Source: Clostridiales bacterium
Lineage (GTDB): Bacteria; Bacillota; Clostridia; Christensenellales; UBA1242
Direction of reading: 5' to 3'
Length of the DNA stretch: 64,000 nt
Assembly: GCA_015069395.1 (NCBI GenBank)
Contig: SVIR01000005.1
Coordinates: forward strand, 4,788-68,787
Shown here: in pieces, positions 39,101 to 46,264 of the stretch
Position numbering within the stretch: position 1 is the first letter of the stretch
Layout of the letters: every line of letters starts with the position of its first letter
The notes under the pieces: generated by a model
The model's input: the letters and a program-made list of their open reading frames with translations, nothing else
Databases searched by the model: none
What the model was told of the DNA's origin: nothing
Translations under genes and position numbers: made by a program

Positions 39101-40935
39101 TCTAAATTTTCGCAATTGCTAATGCTTGCATTTTCATAACTAAAGAATCCTAAAAGCACCAATGCCTTAATGTTTGAAGCACTAATACAATTCGCTTTTA
39201 ATGCAGTGATACTTTTGCCACCAATTCTTTGAGGAATAACAAGTACGTCATTATCATATGAATCGCTAATTCCTTCTAAGTTATAAACATATGACGAATA
39301 TAAAATGTCCGCATTTTCTTCGCTTAATACTTCAACATTTTTAGCATAAATAGCAGAATCGCTTTCAAACTTTTCATTGCCGTTTAAATAAACTGAATAA
39401 TCTTCATCTCCAAACCAACCATAGAAATAATTCGTTAAAGATGAATTAGTTGTTATATCCTCAGTTTTTTCTGGCAATTCAATCAAATAGTCTTGCGACT
39501 TGCATGTTTGCAAGGTTTCAGTTAAATCCCCATCAACATATACCTGAACGTTAATCATAAGTTCAGTTACTTCGATATTTACTTCAGCAGGCAAACCATT
39601 TGAAGTTGTTGCTGTTATTTTAGTCTTTCCAATTGACACTCCCTTAACAACACCATTCTCAACCGTTGCAATGCTCTCATCTAAACTTGCCCACGCAACC
39701 GTTTTGTTGGTTGCGTTAGTTGGAAAAATAGTTGGAACAAGGTTAAAGGTTTTTGTTTCTTGAATGGAAATTGAATTCTCATTTAAAGTGATACTTGTTG
39801 GCTCAATAACGGGATCAACACGAACTGAGCATCGCGCACTTATTCCGTTTTTGGTTGTTGCAATTATTGTTGCGTTTCCTACACCAACCGGCGTTACATT
39901 TCCATTTTCATCAACAGTTGCAACGCTAGAGTTTGATGATCGCCAGGTAACTTCTTTATAAGTAACATTGCTAGGATTCCAGCTAACACTAAGTTTTTCA
40001 CTGTCATAGCCTTTAATTAATGTCAGTTGCGTTTTATTTAATGAAATACTATTTGCCAAAACTTCCCTAACTGCGGTTATGGTTAAAGATGCAGTTTTAT
40101 GTTCACTACCATACACATAAATAGTCGCATTCCCCGCCGCAAGAATCTCAACCAAACCATCCTCATCAACTACTGCAACGCTTGTGTTTGAACTACTCCA
40201 AGTAACGTCTTTTATTGACGCATTTACCGGATAAATATATTCTTCCAACTGCAAAGCGGTTGAGCTTTCACCATATGGAATAACAACATTTTTAGAAGAT
40301 GTTTGCACCCCATCAACCAAAATATTAATACTCTGAACAAACACATACTCGTCAACCTTAACCTCAACGCTTGCAGTTAAGCCATTAACAGTTGTTGCGG
40401 TTAACGTTGCTATTCCAGTGCTATCAAAACCAGCATAAATTGTTGTTCCGCTGGCACTTGCAACTCTTGGATTAGATGAAGTCCATTGAATAAAAGTTTC
40501 AGTGCAATTAAATGGTTCTAGAATAATATCAATCTCGCAACTTCTTGAAGTAAACAACTGAACACTTTCCACACCTAAACTAATAGAAGTTGGCATAATA
40601 ACAACATCAATATAGCAATAGGCTGTGTGTCCAGAAGATGAGGTCGCAGTTATTTGAACTCCGCCAAGAGCATGCGCAGTAACTAACCCATTTGTATCAA
40701 CGCTTACAACACTCTCATCATTAGAACTCCAAGTTATGGCTCGGTTTTTAACATTATTATTTCTAAATTTGACTTCTAACTGATATGTCGAGTTTAATTC
40801 CACATCATAGCTATAATCGTAAAAATAAATTTCAACCACTTCAGGCTGAGGTTCTTCCTTTTTCCCAAAGCAACCTGAAACTAACGGACAAATAATTATT
40901 GCCAAAAACACTAATAACCAAACCTTTCTTTTCAT
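33190..40935 (-). CDS. giant cell-surface lipoprotein: about 5 Big_2 Ig-like domains followed by BspA-type leucine-rich repeat arrays
   Basis: ATG at 40935 follows AAAGAGG (the track TTG 40941 is too close to it). Lipobox LVSGC. Big_2 signatures ITWSSNDESVVSVDTNGLVTA, VTWSSSNTSVAVVDEDGLV, VTWRSSNSSVATVDENGNV. Dozens of LRR_5-like units (IP.SVT.IG..AF..C..L). Confidence 0.85.
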   Translation of the reverse strand: MKRKVWLLVFLAIIICPLVSGCFGKKEEPQPEVVEIYFYDYSYDVELNSTYQLEVKFRNNNVKNRAITWSSNDESVVSVDTNGLVTAHALGGVQITATSSSGHTAYCYIDVVIMPTSISLGVESVQLFTSRSCEIDIILEPFNCTETFIQWTSSNPRVASASGTTIYAGFDSTGIATLTATTVNGLTASVEVKVDEYVFVQSINILVDGVQTSSKNVVIPYGESSTALQLEEYIYPVNASIKDVTWSSSNTSVAVVDEDGLVEILAAGNATIYVYGSEHKTASLTITAVREVLANSISLNKTQLTLIKGYDSEKLSVSWNPSNVTYKEVTWRSSNSSVATVDENGNVTPVGVGNATIIATTKNGISARCSVRVDPVIEPTSITLNENSISIQETKTFNLVPTIFPTNATNKTVAWASLDESIATVENGVVKGVSIGKTKITATTSNGLPAEVNIEVTELMINVQVYVDGDLTETLQTCKSQDYLIELPEKTEDITTNSSLTNYFYGWFGDEDYSVYLNGNEKFESDSAIYAKNVEVLSEENADILYSSYVYNLEGISDSYDNDVLVIPQRIGGKSITALKANCISASNIKALVLLGFFSYENASISNCENLERILIYNYANESISNRDTFTKSTISNCSKLQYNEFSGIKYLGTLDEPYMVAIEEASTSLTQVVIPDECFSLGSVLNKLSSLGHIDVESGNNYYSSQSGVLYNRAQNQFLHIPNKLAGDIVIPNSITSIESDAFYGKSLITSLNIGNGVKVIGADAFNGCSGITQITGGNSSLEIGNYAFSGCSKLVSCQFSCVKQIGNYAFSGCTKLETFSFNGAEKINSNAFYNCGFTQINIPNSVTYIGSSAFARCRKLTSVVLPFVGTSASESSTKYPFGEIFGEISYTNSIKTTQYYIPNGQSYSSSATYYIPAGLKQITINGGNVNYGGLCNLVDVEVTLNNVDSIEKNAFLKSSITKLTLPNTLRHINGDDIATAFQNASINDVYFNGTINDWLSISMARMGCNPTHIANNLYINNVSVKEIKSIDIENLTAINSYSLYNFTGLEEVSIPATIESIGEGAFYNCLSLKAVNIPSSVKTVAKSAFRNCEALVDVNIASGVESLENFAFMGASALKNVELPETISTIGNRVFSGCESLENVTLPTGLTTIPEYAFENCYALKNINIHENISSIKTYAFKNCTSITEFEFKSTMQIIGKGVLYGCTNLSSLTFDQLGSNDSSNEEKLLNYYFSGASNLKSLTIKKGALYDDALSGWSCLTHIVLENVTELGDGVFNGCSNLESLIINSDVNDLTDYTYLFNNAGVDSSGIVITFGKNVTKVPVNFLNHGGESYNSRRGKFARIVFEEGSVCASIGENAFANSTLSSIALPAGVTTIGENAFYNCTNLQSISVDELNETFASANGSLFNKDKTQLIQYACGSSNEVYEVTSNISVINAYAFYGTSNLKKIILNSNLIANQNSDNHIFDGMEAFEVVIGVNVERVPDYLFNPSSSGANISAISFADTAKCEAIGKYAFANASNIETIDLSTCVKSIESSAFMNSNISEFNYLGSLDEYFGVEYKSLYACPMSVGATLTINGESLSQLVVPESVTAINAFLFYNLPNLQTVTLHDGVTSVGSRAFAKCSSLKELHIPSGANALSTGSLAGLSALEELTLASLGSTGENALFGALFGSYAYDNSISLSQKTSYPSGTSITYYIPKNLTKVTILGGSIGCGAFANISTINSIVIDNNVKSFDSYAFYNCSSLSEINIPDMSAIYERTFSGCSNLQNVVIPNSVENIGANAFRDCTKLVSVCIGDENGLTKTIGDYAFAGCSNLKTVSMFNLTEIASYAFSNCFRLRIFDLPASLETLGDYAFAGCLSIYSIKLHNNILNAGQRVFDNCSKLIEIYNSTNTFKIDIDSVLGNANPKVIHSSSSEASIIDSSNKDFLFVTLNEKKYLLAYEGTDANPILPTDIGNYAIRKYAFAYNNTLTHLTLPECVVKVETNAIYLCSKLEYLSATNAISFEANFANYSNVDVFNFVGSLEDWLSYNFSDVDCNPMHCADEFWLNGDKLTSLVVPDSVTQIGANAFYNFKNLQTVTMGKNVVSIQNGAFQNCSSLTDVSFESSKVKTVGESVFENCVALTKFTMPSTLKNIGSRMFAGCSSLSNIEFNSVVETIGASAFEKCISIKSMAIPSTVKTIGSDALGGCTKLETLSISSLSLEAVNPAGVFGEVFGNTYYTGFNAITQNISEGQSRVYYIPSSLKNIHVESGAIVYGAFQGCDWFESITLGSGVTYVNSNAFNLTAPCVTIENGVYYAGNWAIGAVEETTEVNLKAGTLGVASSAFAGITTITSFNASDSLKYINSNAFENCYGLNRVTLNDGLLSIGDSAFKYINITEITLPKSLVEFGQVVFEDCKKLNSIVVAEGNTKYASVDGNLYSADLTELIQYACGKEAEMFVLLEEVQTISDYAFKGAKITDLIFNKSLTNIDEGAFYECYGLTDISLPSNLLNIGEKAFYNCRNLANVSIKLSVEFIGAYAFALCEDLKTVSVSNKNWKLANSSGEAYFDDGDLNNSSTVAIYFRSTYTSYQWTKNV

Positions 40936-41262
40936 GATCAAACCTCTTTATGAACGATTTAGCGCGTATTATTATATGTATACTCATTTAAATTTTAACA
41001 CAAAGACATGATTTTAGCAAACAATATAAAATGTTTTCAAATTATTAAAAATCAATTCTTTATATATTGGATGTATTTAAAAATTTTATACTCAAACCAA
41101 ATAATGCTTTAAGTTTAAACAATAATCAAAAATTAAACCACCCAAATTTGATGATGCCTGTTGTATAATAAAATTCATCTATATGCACGGCGCACTAAAC
41201 AAATTCTAACAATTCCATTTTTATTCTCCAAATGAACAATTGTTAGATGCAAAACAGTAAAC

Positions 41263-41303
41263 AACCCATCAAATAATGGACAGATAATGTCTTTTTCTTT
41301 GTA
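41263..41303. repeat. direct repeat DR2 right copy
   Basis: caacccatcaaataatggacagataatgtctttttctttgt; see 32853..32893. Confidence 0.65.
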
Positions 41304-41310
41304 TTAAGTT

Positions 41311-41338
41311 TTGCTTTTGGACTTTTGTGTGATATAAT
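41311..41338 (+). promoter_or_regulatory. candidate promoter (extended -10) upstream of the 41435 ORF
   Basis: TTGCTT(41311-41316), 16-nt spacer, TGaTATAAT (-10 at 41333-41338). Confidence 0.45.
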
Positions 41339-41434
41339 CTTTTTGAAAAAAATTATGAGCTATCTTACAGAAATTTCAACGGCATAACAAGCAAGTTTGG
41401 TGCACATTTTATCTTAAAAATAGACAAAATCTTA

Positions 41435-41803
41435 ATGAAAGAAAAATATCACAAATCAATAGTAAATGGTGTAAAATCAAACAATTTCCCAAGAGTGCCT
41501 GTTGATTATGGTTATAGAGACAGTACAAATTTTTGGTATACAAAATTTTCTAAGCCAATTTCAGAAAAAATTCCCGCAAAAGATGGCGACGTGAAATCTG
41601 TAATGTATGCTGCAGATAGAATCGATCCTGAAATAAAATTTACAGAAGGAGCTTGCGCAAAACTCGTAAAAATCCTAAGAGTATTTCTCAAAATGGCACT
41701 TACCCAAATGGTCAACATTGCCAGAGAAGAAAACATCACTTTAATTGACGAAGCCGCACTTGACATCATAAACGATAAACGAAGGAAAGAAAAAAAGAAA
41801 TAA
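41435..41803 (+). CDS. hypothetical protein; C-terminal half weakly PCP-reductase-domain-like
   Basis: 122 aa. FTEGACAKLVKILRVFLKMALTQMVNIAREENITLIDEAAL resembles the small PCP_red fold pattern as I recall it. No SD precedes the ATG. Confidence 0.4.
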   Translation: MKEKYHKSIVNGVKSNNFPRVPVDYGYRDSTNFWYTKFSKPISEKIPAKDGDVKSVMYAADRIDPEIKFTEGACAKLVKILRVFLKMALTQMVNIAREENITLIDEAALDIINDKRRKEKKK

Positions 41804-41848
41804 CAATTTAAGTGTTCGACAGAGGTTCAAAACTGGCTACCAATTTTA

Positions 41849-41876
41849 ATCTCTATCTTTTGATAGAGATTTTTTC
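41849..41876 (+). terminator. rho-independent terminator
   Basis: Stem atctctatc(41849-41857)/gatagagat(41862-41870) followed by TTTTT. Confidence 0.75.
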
Positions 41877-41960
41877 ATTTTGTGAAAAATTGATAAATTG
41901 GTAAATTTTTAATACAAAATTATAAGTTGTGTGATATAATTTCATTATAGGAGAAATATT

Positions 41961-42695
41961 ATGAAAAATAAAGTTGTAATAATAACAGGTGGAAGCAGAG
42001 GTATTGGTAGAGCAACTGCAATAGAGTTTGGAAAACTTGGTGCAAAAGTTGTTATAGTTTATAATTCTAATGACAAGAAAGCAAAAGAAGTTGTTGAGGA
42101 AATTAAAAAAGTTGGCGGAAATGCAACTTGTTTTAAAGCAGATGTTTCAAAAGAAGAAAATTTGAAGCCTATCGTAGATTTTGCAATCAAAACTTATGGC
42201 AAGATTGATGTATTGGTTAATAATGCAGGTATTGTATTTGATAGAGAGTTTGAAAATATAAAATATGACGAAAGTTTGCAAATATTAAAAACCAATATGC
42301 TTGCACCATTGTTTTTAAGTAAACTTGTTGCACAAATAATGGTAAAAAATGGATATGGTAAAATTATCAATGTCAGTTCAACTTCTGGTATGTATGATTT
42401 TAATCCTGGAACCGCAGATTATGCTATGAGTAAAATTGCATTACAATCTTTGACAAAAGATTTGTCTATGAAATATGCTCCAATAATAAATGTTAATGCT
42501 GTTGCTCCTGGTTGGGTAAACACCGACATGAATGCAGATTTGCCAAAAGATTTTGTAGAAAGCGAAACTGCAAAATATCATATGGGTAGATGGGCAGAAC
42601 CAAAGGAAATTGCGGATGTAATAGTTTACTTGGCAAGCGATAAGGCAACTTATATTACGGGACAAATAATTGTGCTTGATGGTGGGCATTGTTAA
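41961..42695 (+). CDS. short-chain dehydrogenase/reductase (FabG-like)
   Basis: TGGSRGIGRATA, NNAG and YAMSK (YxxxK). AGGAGAAATATT before the ATG. Confidence 0.85.
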   Translation: MKNKVVIITGGSRGIGRATAIEFGKLGAKVVIVYNSNDKKAKEVVEEIKKVGGNATCFKADVSKEENLKPIVDFAIKTYGKIDVLVNNAGIVFDREFENIKYDESLQILKTNMLAPLFLSKLVAQIMVKNGYGKIINVSSTSGMYDFNPGTADYAMSKIALQSLTKDLSMKYAPIINVNAVAPGWVNTDMNADLPKDFVESETAKYHMGRWAEPKEIADVIVYLASDKATYITGQIIVLDGGHC

Positions 42696-42858
42696 AAAAT
42701 GTTGAAACTATAAACTTTCAATCTTTGTATCCACAAAATTTTTAAAAATTTAAAAACTTACAAATTATAAACCTTTACACTTTGCAAGTGCAAAATTTAC
42801 ACAAAATTTCAAACTTTGATAATTTTTTATCAAAGCGTAGTTGATAAACAACAGAACA

Positions 42859-42894
42859 CCTTAGGACTACCAATAGAGACCTTGTCGAACACAT
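42859..42894. repeat. direct repeat DR1 right copy (orphan tRNA-Glu 3' end + terminator hairpin)
   Basis: ccttaggactaccaatagagaccttgtcgaacacat, followed by tgctgttcgacttttt, which completes the hairpin gtcgaac/gttcgac. Confidence 0.9.
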
Positions 42895-43043
42895 TGCTGT
42901 TCGACTTTTTCTTTTAAATTTTCTGGTATAAAAACTTGAAAACAACAAAATCTCCTTGATTTAAAAACAAAAGGAGAAATGATATATATGATATTTACAA
43001 TAAAGGAGCGAACTAGAAAAGAAAACAGCAAAAAAAACAACAC

Positions 43044-43676
43044 TTATGGTGCTGTTTTAAATTCTTCACAATTTAAAATTTCTTTCTCTGTAAAGTAATC
43101 ATAAATTTGATTGTGATCGCCCTTAAAATGTATTACATTTATTCCAAGTTCAATAGCTGGTACAATATCGTGTTTGTAGTTGTCTCCCACCACCAAAACT
43201 TCTTCAGCACAAACGTTTTCTTTTTTCATAATATCTATGTAATTTACAGATTTGCTCTTCACTTCTCCTAAAAAGTTCAACGATTGCAACTCTTTAAAAT
43301 ATTTTCTATTAACCTTATACTTCTTTGTGTAATATTTTAAATATCTTTGTGGTGACATTGAAACTATATACAAAGGATGCTTCTCGCTCAACTTCTTAAA
43401 AAATTCGTCTGGAAGAACTTTTACATTTGGTGAGTGTTTGCAAAGCATCGTTTGATATAATCTGTTGAATTTTTTAACATCATATCCTTCTTTATCAAGC
43501 CACAAAACAACATCTCTGGTATTAACGTCTTTTTTTATTTCATATTTTTTGCAAAAGCTTTCAAAATCTTTTTTTAACACTTTTCTTAAATATTTAAACA
43601 AATAGTCTGGCCAATTGTCCCAAGTTTTGCCGGTATAAATAGTATCGTCAAAATCAAATATAACAACTTTTATCAT
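43044..43676 (-). CDS. HAD-superfamily hydrolase
   Basis: Motif I FDFDDTIY; motif IV VVGDNYKHD. Confidence 0.7.
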   Translation of the reverse strand: MIKVVIFDFDDTIYTGKTWDNWPDYLFKYLRKVLKKDFESFCKKYEIKKDVNTRDVVLWLDKEGYDVKKFNRLYQTMLCKHSPNVKVLPDEFFKKLSEKHPLYIVSMSPQRYLKYYTKKYKVNRKYFKELQSLNFLGEVKSKSVNYIDIMKKENVCAEEVLVVGDNYKHDIVPAIELGINVIHFKGDHNQIYDYFTEKEILNCEEFKTAP

Positions 43677-43686
43677 TTTTTCTTCC

Positions 43687-44355
43687 TTATTCTTGAATTT
43701 TTAATTTGTCAACAGCCTCTTTTTTATTTTTGCTCGTAAAAACATACGAGCCACTAACTAAAATGTCGACACCACTATCTACAAGTTTTTTTGCAGTTTC
43801 AGGATTTACTCCACCGTCAAATTCTAATTTGAAATTGAGATTGTTTGCTCTTCTAAACTCGTCAATTTCTCTTACTTTTTGATAGGTTTCTTCCAAAAGT
43901 TCTTGTCCACTTTTGCCAGGCTCAACCCCCATTACCAAAATGACGTCACTATTGAAAGCAAAAGACCTAATCTCTTTAAACGGCGTTGACGGTTTTAAAG
44001 ATATCCCTGCCAAAGCACCATTTTCTTTAATATAAGAAATCGCATTTACCAAATCTTCTTTGTTTTCAAATGCTTCATAATGAACCGTCAAGATATTTGC
44101 TCCAGCTTCAAGATATTTTTCAATTTCTTCAGTAGGTTCATTTACCATAAGGTGAACATCAAGCATTATCAAAGAATTGCGATTTATATTCATAACTAAG
44201 TTGTAATCATAATTATTTTTCGTTACAAAATTTTCATTCATAATATCACAATGTAAAAAATCTGCAACTCCTTGCATCTGTTTTGCATATTCAATTATAT
44301 TTTGATAGTCTTCAATTGGATCTGTAGAGACCGAAACGTCAACAACCTTTTTCAT
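43687..44355 (-). CDS. rpe: ribulose-phosphate 3-epimerase (divergent)
   Basis: LHCDIMNENFV, LDVHLMV, GVEPGKSGQ, FDGGVN. Located downstream of rsgA, as in Bacillus. Confidence 0.7.
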   Translation of the reverse strand: MKKVVDVSVSTDPIEDYQNIIEYAKQMQGVADFLHCDIMNENFVTKNNYDYNLVMNINRNSLIMLDVHLMVNEPTEEIEKYLEAGANILTVHYEAFENKEDLVNAISYIKENGALAGISLKPSTPFKEIRSFAFNSDVILVMGVEPGKSGQELLEETYQKVREIDEFRRANNLNFKLEFDGGVNPETAKKLVDSGVDILVSGSYVFTSKNKKEAVDKLKIQE

Positions 44356-44396
44356 ATATGCTCCTACATTTTATTTTAACAAACCATTTTGTATTT

Positions 44397-45242
44397 TCAA
44401 AACTTTTTTAGCTGTTTTATAGATTCATAAAGTTTTTTATAGTTTTCATATCTCACTTTTGATATTCTTTTCTGCGAAAGGGCCTTACAAACCCCACAAT
44501 CTTTGCTGTTTAGGTGCAAACAAGTTTTGTATTTACACTCGGCAGAGGGTCTCAGAAATTCGTCATAATAGCTTTTGATTTCTTCTTCACGAAGATCTAA
44601 CAGACTTTCGTCCAACTTTGAAAAGCCTGCCGTATCAGCCAAATATCCCCTTTCAAATTTGTATAATTCGACTGTTCTTGTCGTTTGTTTTCCTCTTTGT
44701 GTCTTCTTGCTAAATGTATCAACTTTTGATATATTTTCTTTTTTCAAACCATTTATTATCGAAGACTTTCCTACTGCACTTTGCCCTGCTAAAACACAAA
44801 TGCCTTCAATCTTATCTTCCATTACAAACACAGACTCGTCCAAAGTTGAAAAAGAAAGAATATCAATTACATCTTTGTAGATCTCTTCAATTTGGATACA
44901 TATTTTTGTATCAATATCAACTTTATTTATACACAAAATTGGCTCAATATTGTTCAATTTGCAAAACAGCAACATTTTGTCGACAGTATAAAAATCTGGT
45001 TTTGGCACAGGTGCAATCACAATAAACATTTTATCTATATTTGCAACTGGAGGTCTAATTAAAATATTTTTTCTCTTGTCAATTTTTGCGATTGTCTTGT
45101 CTTCGTCGAGAAAAACATAATCTCCAACAAAAATGCCTTCTGACTTTAATACTTTTCTTGCCAAACAATCCAAAACTTCACCTGTTTCAAGCTCAACTCG
45201 AAACAAGTTCGCCTGTTTTTTTATCACCAAGCCTCGCATCAA
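44397..45242 (-). CDS. rsgA: ribosome small-subunit-dependent GTPase A
   Basis: LAGQSAVGKSSIINGL and C-terminal zinc motif CKYKTCLHLNSKDCGV. Confidence 0.88.
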   Translation of the reverse strand: MMRGLVIKKQANLFRVELETGEVLDCLARKVLKSEGIFVGDYVFLDEDKTIAKIDKRKNILIRPPVANIDKMFIVIAPVPKPDFYTVDKMLLFCKLNNIEPILCINKVDIDTKICIQIEEIYKDVIDILSFSTLDESVFVMEDKIEGICVLAGQSAVGKSSIINGLKKENISKVDTFSKKTQRGKQTTRTVELYKFERGYLADTAGFSKLDESLLDLREEEIKSYYDEFLRPSAECKYKTCLHLNSKDCGVCKALSQKRISKVRYENYKKLYESIKQLKKF

Positions 45243-46264
45243 TCTTCTCCTCCAACCCTATTTCTCAATTGACCACAAGCCCCTTCAATATCTTCTCCCA
45301 TTGTTCTTCTTACAGTTGCATTAATGCCCATTTTAGCAAGTTTTTCTGCAATATAATAAGCTCTTTTTCTCGTCACCCCGTTCAATTTTTTTTCTTTAAC
45401 TGAATTTAAAGGAATCAAATTCACAAGACAAGGCTTTCCCTTCAAAAGAGAAGCAAGTTTTGATATTGTTTCGTCATTGTCGTTTTCCCCTTCAATTAAT
45501 GAATATTCAAACGCTACCCTACGGCCTGTTTTTTCAAAATAATAATCACAAGCTTTTATAATCTCTTCAATCTTGTAAGCATTTGCAATAGGCATAATAG
45601 TTTTTCTGTGTTCGTCTGTTGGCGAGTGCAAAGATATAGTCAAGGTTACAGAAAAGCCATCGTCTGCAAGCTGATAAATTTTTGGAACAATGCCACACGT
45701 CGATAAAGTTATGTTTCTTTGACTGATATTCAACCCCTCTGGAGCAGAAATTAATTTCAAAAATTTGCAAACATTTTCATAATTATCCAAAGGCTCTCCA
45801 CAGCCCATAAGAACTACGTTTGTCACTTTTCTCTCTTTTAAACTAGCCCCCAAAATTTTGTTGTAAAACAAAACTTGCAACAAAATCTCTCCTGCTGTTA
45901 AGTTTCTTTTTAACCCATTTAATGTGGAAGCACAAAATTTACACCCCATTCTGCAACCTACTTGTGTTGAAACACAAACGGTATAACCATATTTATATTT
46001 CAAAAGCACAGTTTCGACAATGCTTCCATCTTCGTATTTGATCGCAACCTTTTGGGTTTCGTCTTTGCTTTTTAAATGTGCAACTACCTCAAATTTAGGA
46101 AAAACCTTTTCAACCTTTTCTTTGAATGATTTTGGCAAGTTTGAAATTTCTTCTAAGCTTTTGCCCAACATCATTCCTTCAAAAAGTTGTTTTGCACGAA
46201 AAGAGGGTTCGCCCAATCCCTTGATATAATCCTGAAGTTCTGATAAAGACAAGTCTAAAATCAT
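45239..46264 (-). CDS. rlmN: 23S rRNA (adenine2503-C2)-methyltransferase, radical SAM
   Basis: VSTQVGCRMGCKFCAS (CX3CX2C) and GACGQL near the C-terminus. Confidence 0.9.
   Translation of the reverse strand: MILDLSLSELQDYIKGLGEPSFRAKQLFEGMMLGKSLEEISNLPKSFKEKVEKVFPKFEVVAHLKSKDETQKVAIKYEDGSIVETVLLKYKYGYTVCVSTQVGCRMGCKFCASTLNGLKRNLTAGEILLQVLFYNKILGASLKERKVTNVVLMGCGEPLDNYENVCKFLKLISAPEGLNISQRNITLSTCGIVPKIYQLADDGFSVTLTISLHSPTDEHRKTIMPIANAYKIEEIIKACDYYFEKTGRRVAFEYSLIEGENDNDETISKLASLLKGKPCLVNLIPLNSVKEKKLNGVTRKRAYYIAEKLAKMGINATVRRTMGEDIEGACGQLRNRVGGED

Larger units (their letters stand above)
32839..42894. mobile_element. putative integrase-less genomic island (remnant) at the tRNA-Glu 3' end
   Basis: Bounded by DR1 copies, one of which overlaps the tRNA 3' end. 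The cargo is a giant LRR lipoprotein, a small ORF and an SDR. No recombinase-like ORF was seen. Confidence 0.45.

Noticed and set aside
33190-40935. Regular ~70-75-nt periodicity that could be mistaken for a repeat array or CRISPR
   Set aside because: The periodicity is the protein-level LRR unit inside one uninterrupted 7.7-kb ORF. The units are not identical at DNA level and there is no repeat-spacer structure.
41823-41847. ggttcaaaactggctaccaat as a third tRNA-3'-end remnant
   Set aside because: Only ggttc and ctaccaat match, and a gap is required. This is too weak to call as a feature, so it is mentioned only as context in the nested-repeat finding.
42814-42835. 9-bp perfect hairpin ctttgataa-tttt-ttatcaaag downstream of the SDR gene
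   Set aside because: It lies 120 nt past the stop codon and has no adjoining U-tract on the plus strand, so it is not convincingly a terminator. It is kept only as part of the AT-rich arm region noted in the island finding.
32839-42858. Searched the island ORFs on both strands for an integrase, excisionase, transposase or phage genes
   Set aside because: None of the listed ORFs, nor the short unlisted ones I translated, shows tyrosine or serine recombinase motifs. The region is therefore called only a putative island remnant, not an intact mobile element.
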